Program-made: the position numbers and the translations under genes | Shown: positions 22,845-29,500 of the stretch, in pieces | Numbering within the stretch: position 1 is the stretch's first letter | How the letters are laid out: the number at the start of each line of letters is the position of its first letter | DNA from: Nanobdellota archaeon | GTDB taxonomy: Archaea; Nanobdellota; Nanobdellia; Pacearchaeales; GW2011-AR1 | DNA: 32,000 nucleotides | NCBI GenBank assembly: GCA_030611805.1 | Contig: JAUWPB010000009.1 | Coordinates: forward strand, 1 to 32,000 | Direction: 5' to 3' | The notes under the pieces: model-generated | What the model saw: only the letters and a program-made list of their open reading frames with translations | What the model was told of the DNA's origin: nothing | Database searches by the model: none

Positions 22845-23789
22845 TCAAATTTCCAAAACATCTAAATCATTAACCAAAAAAGAGTTCTTAAAAATCTTTC
22901 TCGCATCATCTAAAATCTTTTTTGGATTCTTGTCATATCTTTGGCTTATATGAGTTAAAATCAATTTTTTTGATTTTGACTTTTTTGCAATCTCTCCAGC
23001 CTGCCTTGCTGTCAAATGCAAATGCTCTCTGGCTTTATCATGCAAATCAGATCCAAAACTTGATTCACAAATTAGCAAATCAGAATCCTTGACAAAATTC
23101 ACAATGTTTTTGTTCAATTTTGTATCAAGCACAATCGCAACTTTTGTATCTCCTACCTTATAAGTTAAATTTTTAGCTAAATACTTTTTTCCTTTGTAAG
23201 AAATATTTTTGCCCTCTTTTAATTTCTTGAGCAAAGGCCCACGAGGCAATTTGGATTTTTTCAATTTCTTTTTGTCAATTCTTATCTGTCCCTTTTTAAC
23301 AAAAGTATAAGCGTTTGTAGGAATCCCGTGCTCCATACTCTCAGCTTCAAGGCAAAAATCATCAGTCTCTAAAAATTTGCCCTTAGTAAAAATATTCTTT
23401 TGAATATTTTTCGGGGTACACCCTTGGGTGCCACCAACTTCTTTAACTTTTATTTCATATTTTCGAGTAAATCTAAAAATTTTTAACAAGGCATTCATAA
23501 AATCTTTGGTTCCTTTTGGACCATAGATAAAAAGAGTCTTGTTATATCCACTCAACGCTAAAGTTGACAACAACCCTGGGATTCCAAAAACATGATCTCC
23601 GTGCCAATGAGTAATTAATAAACGAGTGACCTTGCAAGGATTCAATCTTGCTTTTCTAAATTGTCTTTGAGTCCCTTCTCCGCAATCTATCAAAATATTC
23701 TCTCCTTCATAATTAAGTAAGATCGCGGTGTGATTTCTTTTCACAGTAGGAGTTTGTGCTGCAGTCCCTAAAAAAGTTATTTTTATCAT
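22845..23789 (-). CDS. rnz: Ribonuclease Z (tRNA 3' endonuclease)
   Basis: Metallo-beta-lactamase fold with ITHWHGDH, and the N-terminus MIKITFLGTAAQTPTVKRNHTAILL...IDCGEGTQRQ. Confidence 0.9.
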   Translation of the reverse strand: MIKITFLGTAAQTPTVKRNHTAILLNYEGENILIDCGEGTQRQFRKARLNPCKVTRLLITHWHGDHVFGIPGLLSTLALSGYNKTLFIYGPKGTKDFMNALLKIFRFTRKYEIKVKEVGGTQGCTPKNIQKNIFTKGKFLETDDFCLEAESMEHGIPTNAYTFVKKGQIRIDKKKLKKSKLPRGPLLKKLKEGKNISYKGKKYLAKNLTYKVGDTKVAIVLDTKLNKNIVNFVKDSDLLICESSFGSDLHDKAREHLHLTARQAGEIAKKSKSKKLILTHISQRYDKNPKKILDDARKIFKNSFLVNDLDVLEI

Positions 23790-23827
23790 ACAAAGAAAAG
23801 GAAAAAAGAGTTTTTATTTGTTGTGAA

Positions 23828-24241
23828 TCATTTCTTCCATTCATCAAAAAAACCGCTAACAAACTTTTCAGTGGCAAATAATACTTTTGTTCCGGTAATC
23901 ATTTTCTCCCTTAAACAATCTACATCAATAAGTCTTTGAGGACTACTAGTATTTTGATAAACCTCTGCAAAAGAATCCAAATCTTTTTCACCAAATCCTC
24001 CAAAACTTTCCATTATTGGAAACAATCTTGCAATATTTGTTGCAAAACTTTCTAAACCTGCAGAACCAAGTTTAATTTCTCTTTCAATAAAATGTGGATT
24101 ATATTTTTTAGTTAAATCCATTGAAATCTTATCAACATAAAAAATTCCTCCACAAGGAGATGGAACCATCAAAACAGACTTTCCCATTTCATCAATCCAC
24201 TCCTTACATTCATTATACATTAAACTAGACATAATAAACAA
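23828..24241 (-). CDS. Hypothetical protein (137 aa)
   Basis: A long open frame between rnz and the Sm-like gene with no recognised motif. The real start may be a few codons downstream (MSSLMY). Confidence 0.5.
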   Translation of the reverse strand: MFIMSSLMYNECKEWIDEMGKSVLMVPSPCGGIFYVDKISMDLTKKYNPHFIEREIKLGSAGLESFATNIARLFPIMESFGGFGEKDLDSFAEVYQNTSSPQRLIDVDCLREKMITGTKVLFATEKFVSGFFDEWKK

Positions 24242-24342
24242 AATAACTTTTTATTTAAAAAAATTATTATCTTGAAATATATACTTTAAAGTGTCCTCTA
24301 AACAAAATAACTAAAACAAACGAAAATTAATAGTAATAACAC

Positions 24343-24594
24343 TTATTCTTTCTTCAAAGCTGTTGAAGCCGGAGAAATAAAAATTATTGTATCTCCTCTT
24401 AAAAAAGTAAGTCCAAGATTTCTTTTTATCTCATTATCTTGCATTTCTTTTATATTATCCAATACCAAGTTTATGTGAATATCAAAAGCTAACAAAGTTC
24501 CTACAAACTGTTTGTCGCCTTTCAAATGCACTAATACTTCTTTTCCTTTTGAATTATTCAATAAATCCAAAGGTCTTTCAATTCCGTTAACCAT
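24343..24594 (-). CDS. Sm-like archaeal protein (SmAP/LSm)
   Basis: Sm1 (VLVHLKGDKQFVGTLLAFDIHINLVLDN) and Sm2 (FLRGDTIIFISP) motifs. Confidence 0.9.
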   Translation of the reverse strand: MVNGIERPLDLLNNSKGKEVLVHLKGDKQFVGTLLAFDIHINLVLDNIKEMQDNEIKRNLGLTFLRGDTIIFISPASTALKKE

Positions 24595-24769
24595 TTTTAA
24601 TTTTTCCTAAAGTGGTTGTTTCCAAAATATCTTTAGGATATTCTGAACTTAACCATAATTTAAGTTTGTATAATTTGTTTATAAACATTTCGTAAGAAAA
24701 TTTCTTTAATAAAGATAAACAAAAAGATATTTAAATCAATTTTATCAAGTAATTTTATTAAAAAACAAA

Positions 24770-25132
24770 ATGCGTAAAAGAAAAAAAATATCTGGCGGAG
24801 TGTATAATAAAAAAAGAAAAAAGAAATCATATGAGATAGCTGGGCAAAAAAGAATTGTAAAAATTGGGGAAGAAAAAAGAAGGACAAAAAAAACCAGAGG
24901 TGGGAATAAAAAAACATTTTTGCTTAAAGCAAAATTTGTAAACATCCAAACAAAAGATAAGAAATCAAAAAAAGTGGTGATAAAAAAAGTTCTTGAAACA
25001 CCTTCAAATAGGTTCTTAGCAAGACAAAATATAATAACAAAAGGAACAATTATTGAAACAGAACTTGGCAAAGTCAAAATAACAAATCGCCCAACCCAAG
25101 AAGGGGTTGTTAATGGTGTTTTAGTTGAATAA
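24770..25132 (+). CDS. rps8e: 30S ribosomal protein S8e
   Basis: MRKRKKISGG..., KTRGGNKK, and the C-terminal ITNRPTQEGVVNGVLV. Confidence 0.9.
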   Translation: MRKRKKISGGVYNKKRKKKSYEIAGQKRIVKIGEEKRRTKKTRGGNKKTFLLKAKFVNIQTKDKKSKKVVIKKVLETPSNRFLARQNIITKGTIIETELGKVKITNRPTQEGVVNGVLVE

Positions 25133-25222
25133 TTAATTGACTTTTACTTCTCGTACATAACAATAAAAACCAAAAGGTTTATAAAAGAAAACTATTTATA
25201 AAGCTTACGGTTAAATTCTAAA

Positions 25223-26155
25223 ATGGCAGGAATAAAAAAATGCCCTGAATGTGGAAGCATACATTTAACTTATGATGCACATTTAGGAGAAATAATTTGC
25301 AACGATTGTGGTCTTGTAATAGAAGAAAAAATGGTTGATTCTGGAATAGACTTGCAGGGAAAATTTGACAAAGGCAAAAAAAAGGGACGGGGCGGAGCTC
25401 CAATGAGCATGCAAAAATTTGACAAAGGTCTGACAACCAATGTTGGAGAAATCTCAGATATTTACAAATTAGAACCAGGGCAAACAAGGAAATTCTTAAG
25501 ACTAAAAAAATGGCAGGAAAGAGTTTCCACAAGTATTGAAAGAAATTTGAGACTAGCCATGGCAGAATTAAGAGTTATTGCTTCTTATCTTCATTTACCA
25601 AATGTTGTAAGAGATGAATCATCAAGAATTTACAATTATGTTTTACAAAGAGGACTGGTAAGAGGTAGAAGCATGGAATCAGTAATTGCTGCTTGTTTGT
25701 ATGCTGCATGCCGTTCATATAATATCCCAAGAACACTTGATGAAATGGCAACAGCGTCTGATGTTGAAAGAAAAGAAATAGGAAGAACTTATAGATTTAT
25801 AATAAGAAAATTAGGAATTAAAGTAAAACAAAGCTCTCCAAAAGATTACATCTCACGATTTTCTTCAGTTTTAAAACTATCTCCTAAAACACAAAATGAA
25901 GCTTTGAAGGTATTAAAACAGGCAGAAGAAGTTGAGCTAACTTCAGGGAGAGGTCCTGCAGGAATTGCAGCAGCAGCATTATATGTAGCGGCTTTAATAA
26001 ATGACGAAAAGAAAACCCAAAGAGAGGTTGCAGACATTGCAGGAATAACAGAAGTAACAATAAGAAACAGATATAAAGAACTTATAGAAAGATTAAATTT
26101 AGAAGAAAAAATAAAACAAAAAGAAAAGGAATTTAGCAAAAAGAAATCATCCTAG
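25223..26155 (+). CDS. tfb: Transcription initiation factor B (TFIIB homolog)
   Basis: An N-terminal Zn ribbon (CPECGS...CNDCG), a B-reader/linker and two cyclin-fold repeats (RGRSMESVIAACLYAACR; GRGPAGIAAAALYVAA). A TTTATAAA box lies ~25 nt upstream of the ATG. Confidence 0.95.
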   Translation: MAGIKKCPECGSIHLTYDAHLGEIICNDCGLVIEEKMVDSGIDLQGKFDKGKKKGRGGAPMSMQKFDKGLTTNVGEISDIYKLEPGQTRKFLRLKKWQERVSTSIERNLRLAMAELRVIASYLHLPNVVRDESSRIYNYVLQRGLVRGRSMESVIAACLYAACRSYNIPRTLDEMATASDVERKEIGRTYRFIIRKLGIKVKQSSPKDYISRFSSVLKLSPKTQNEALKVLKQAEEVELTSGRGPAGIAAAALYVAALINDEKKTQREVADIAGITEVTIRNRYKELIERLNLEEKIKQKEKEFSKKKSS

Positions 26156-26166
26156 AATTCTAAACA

Positions 26167-26176
26167 TTTTTATATA
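26167..26176 (+). promoter_or_regulatory. TATA box predicting a transcription start near 26198, 110 nt upstream of tRNA-Leu
   Basis: TTTTTATATA. I see no comparable TATA element within 40 nt of the tRNA-Leu 5' end. Confidence 0.4.
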
Positions 26177-26197
26177 GAACCTGCTCTTTAAAATCAA

Positions 26198-26308
26198 GCG
26201 GATGCAACTCACAAGCACACTCGCGGAGTAAATAGGCTTCGCAATAAATGCTCGTGTACATTGCTCGGCCGGAGAAAGTCAAACAGGACTTTCTTTCACA
26301 GAAAATTT
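26198..26308 (+). ncRNA. GC-enriched ~110-nt leader/unknown structured RNA upstream of tRNA-Leu; it contains a degenerate copy of the tRNA-Leu D arm
   Basis: Hairpin GCGGAG-taaatagg-CTTCGC at 26223-26242. GCCGGAGAAAGTCAAACAGGAC (26268-26289) matches GCCGGAGTGGTCAAACGGGAC of the tRNA (26317-26337). The region is much more GC-rich than neighbouring intergenic DNA. Confidence 0.3.
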
Positions 26309-26392
26309 GCGGAAGTGCCGGAGTGGTCAAACGGGACAGGTTTAGGACCTGTTGGCTTAGTGCCTACGAGGGTTCGAATCCTTTCTTCCGCA
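26309..26392 (+). tRNA. tRNA-Leu (TAG), class II with a long variable arm
   Basis: Acceptor GCGGAAG/CTTCCGC, anticodon arm ACAGG-TTTAGGA-CCTGT, variable arm TGGCTTAGTGCCTAC, T arm GAGGG-TTCGAAT-CCTTT, discriminator A. Confidence 0.85.
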
Positions 26393-26443
26393 TCTGTATT
26401 TTTGATTTTCTCACCCTACGGGTTTCCCACAAGGGGATGACCT

Positions 26444-26472
26444 CTACGAGGCCGCGAATCCTTTCTTCCGCA
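26444..26472 (+). repeat. Partial duplicate of the tRNA-Leu 3' end (T arm plus acceptor), 80 nt downstream of the original
   Basis: CTACGAGGccgCGAATCCTTTCTTCCGCA versus CTACGAGGgttCGAATCCTTTCTTCCGCA at 26364-26392: 26/29 identical. The three changes destroy the T loop. Confidence 0.85.
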
Positions 26473-26537
26473 TTAAAGATATTAAGCTTACGAAATATCT
26501 TAATCAGAAAGATTCTAATTCTCAAAGTCGCTTAAAT

Positions 26538-29500
26538 TCAAAAAGCATAAAATGTATCCACAGTAATCTCAGAACCAACTATAACTTCTATTTCTGAAGG
26601 ATCATAAACTTTAAATCTGTAATGATTCTCATCATAATTCGCCATACTTTGCCGAATCAAATTAACCTCATAAGGCAGATAAAATCTTTCATTAATCTCT
26701 TTCACACTTGTTTGAAAAATAAACTTATCTACTTTGCTTCCAAAAACAGATGGATTATAAATCTCCAAAAAATAACCTTCACAATTTTCCATTGAAGTGA
26801 TATCTAACTCCACATAAACTTTCCCTGGAGAAACATCTCTTTTTCCTATAACTTGTAGGGATTTATCAACCCACCGAGCATTTTTAATGCAAGGATCATT
26901 CGCTTTTACATATTCTTTCGGAGAGTTCTCTTCTATATTCAACTCTGCAGAAATCACTTCAGATTCATCATACCAAAGCAATTCCTCATTTGAATCATAA
27001 CAATAAACTTCTGCATAAAAATCAAACACTAAACCTGAATCTTCAAGAGCAACCAACTCTTCAAGATTAAATTCAATAATATTTTCATTAGATATCCCTT
27101 CAGCTCTTTTAGAATCAGGAAATAAATTATCCAGTCCAAACAAATTTCTCCTATGAATAATATTATATTTAATTGAATCACAAATAAAATCAACATGAAG
27201 TATAAGTTTATTTGTTCCTTCCATTTGATAAAAAGAAACACTCTCGGAATCACTTTCAGATATCTGGCTTTTTGGCTCACTGGACATTTCAACTACAAAA
27301 TCTGTAGAGTACTTTACATAATATTCAAATACTTTTAAAACATAATTTTGAGTTTCTAAAGGCAAGTCATCTTTACAATCAGAAAAGTATTTCCCAGCAC
27401 ATTTTTTTTTAACTTTGGTTGGTCCAGCATTATAAGCAGCAATTGCTAACTCATTATCGGTTATTCCATAAACCTCTTGTAAACATTTAAAGTAACAAGT
27501 TCCCAAATTCACATTTGTTTTTGCTCCTTCAAAAGTGTTTTCTTTCCACTTTTCTTGATAATAATCATTACATAAAGAATAACATGGTTTGCTTGAGTCT
27601 TTGATATCATCAACTGCTCCAACTACTTTAGCTCCATTGGTTCCTCTTTCAAGCAATTGCATTAAACCAGTGCTTCCATCTGGACTAATTGCGTCTTGAT
27701 TCCAATTACTTTCCACACGAATAATCGCTTTAACCAGATTTTCATCCACATTTTGCTCTTTTGCTATCTTCTCTATCATATCCTTGTAATCTTTCATTTT
27801 CGCAATCTCTTTTTTAGCTTCCTCTACACTTCTACTATCCTCTCCATTTTCAAGCTCTCCAACCAAACCAGAATAAGCATTTCCCCTTAACAACAATAAC
27901 TCAGCTTTCTCTTTATTTAAAAACGCTTTCTTCATCACCTCCTCGCTAATCTTACTAACTGCTTCTTCAAAAAATTCCCTTTCTCCCCTACTCTTACCTT
28001 CTTCAATCAACTCTCTAATTTTTTCAACCAAATCATTAAATACACTTTCTCCAAAATATCCTCCCTCTTCTTTCAACAACTCCAATTGACTTTTTGCATG
28101 TTCTTCTAAAACTCTCTCCTCAATATCAGTATGCTTAATCACATTTTCAACACTCTTTTTATCAAGCCAGCATTTTATATTTTCCTGACCGCAATTACCA
28201 ACCTGAATCCATCTCGCACCCTCGCCATCCCAAGCCCCGTCTGTTCCTTTTCCCGGACTCTCTGTCGCACAAATCCTGATTATCCCTCTGTTGTAAATCG
28301 CAGGATTAATCATCTCATCTGCAGCTCCTTCCAAACTCGGGCTCAGCAAACTATACGCACTCACACTTCCTCCAATACACTCTTTCTCTAATTTAATATC
28401 TCTCTCACTTGCCTGCTCTTCCATATATCTTTCTCTAACATAATTAACTGCGTATGACGTCGAGACCTGCTTAAACCCGCACTCTTCCTGATTATTAACC
28501 ATGATACATAACTCCTTGTAACCAGAAGGCGCAGTAAAGTCCTTTGTCTCAGTTGCATATCCTCCTGTTGTAATATACCCAGAAGCAACATTTCTAATCG
28601 GGGTGTCTTGGTAAAACGAAGTTCCAGGCGGGCTCTTTAAATAAACTCTGTAGTAAGCCCGTGACTCTTTCCCGGCATAAATATGGTAAAACACTTTGTA
28701 GTGTGAGATTGGCGGACTTGTTGCAGTTGTAAATGGTATCTCGTCAAACCTTCCATGAAACTGGGGCGGGGAGTCTGGCTCTGTTAAACTATCAAGCAAA
28801 TTCCCTCCATCTGGATAACTTGCTGAAATAGAACTCTGGCAAACAGCGTCGCCCACTCCTTCTACAATCCTTGCCTTAAACGCCTGATAAGAACTCGCAG
28901 CATAATACTGCGCAAAATAATCTATTGATTTCTCAGCATTAGCCCACGCAGTCGCAACACCCAAATACTCTCCTCCTCCTCGCACATTCTGCCCCATTGC
29001 AATTTCCATCATTTTTGGAATAATTATTTTAGCCAAAGGCAAAGACTGTCTCCAGAAAAACTCGCACAAGTGAATGCTATAAATCTCGTCGCAGATTCCA
29101 ACCATCTTGCCAGTGTCCAGACTCTCCTGCAAACAATCCCTATAAGAAGTATAAACAGAAATCAGCCCATCAATCCCTGCCTTTATTCCAGTCAAACAAA
29201 CAGGAATTTTAACTTCAGGCCAATTAGGCAGGCACAATGCAATACTCCCAATTATCCCTGACTGAATTACATCTTTAACATGATAAGTTCCTCCAAAATT
29301 ACACCTGCTTGAAGGACACACCACAGGGTCGCAGACATTGAAAAGCAACTGGCAATCTTTCGGTGACATAAAACTCTGGCACTGCATCTCCGGCACATCA
29401 ACAGCAGGTTCACACACCCGAACACTCTGCCCATTAATCATTATACTCTTCCCTGAACTTGCTGACTTCTGTTTTCTTGAAGCTTCTGCAATAGCATCCT

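Noticed and set aside
24660-25077. Two overlapping minus-strand ORFs (85 and 110 aa) encoding Phe/Leu-rich, membrane-like proteins.
   Set aside because: They are the antisense mirror of the Lys-rich rps8e gene and its A-rich upstream region (AAA/AAG codons read as TTT/CTT). The plus-strand S8e call is unambiguous.
26248-26535. A 95-aa plus-strand ORF.
   Set aside because: It runs straight through tRNA-Leu and its flanking tRNA-like fragments. It is open only because this RNA region is GC-rich and poor in stop codons.
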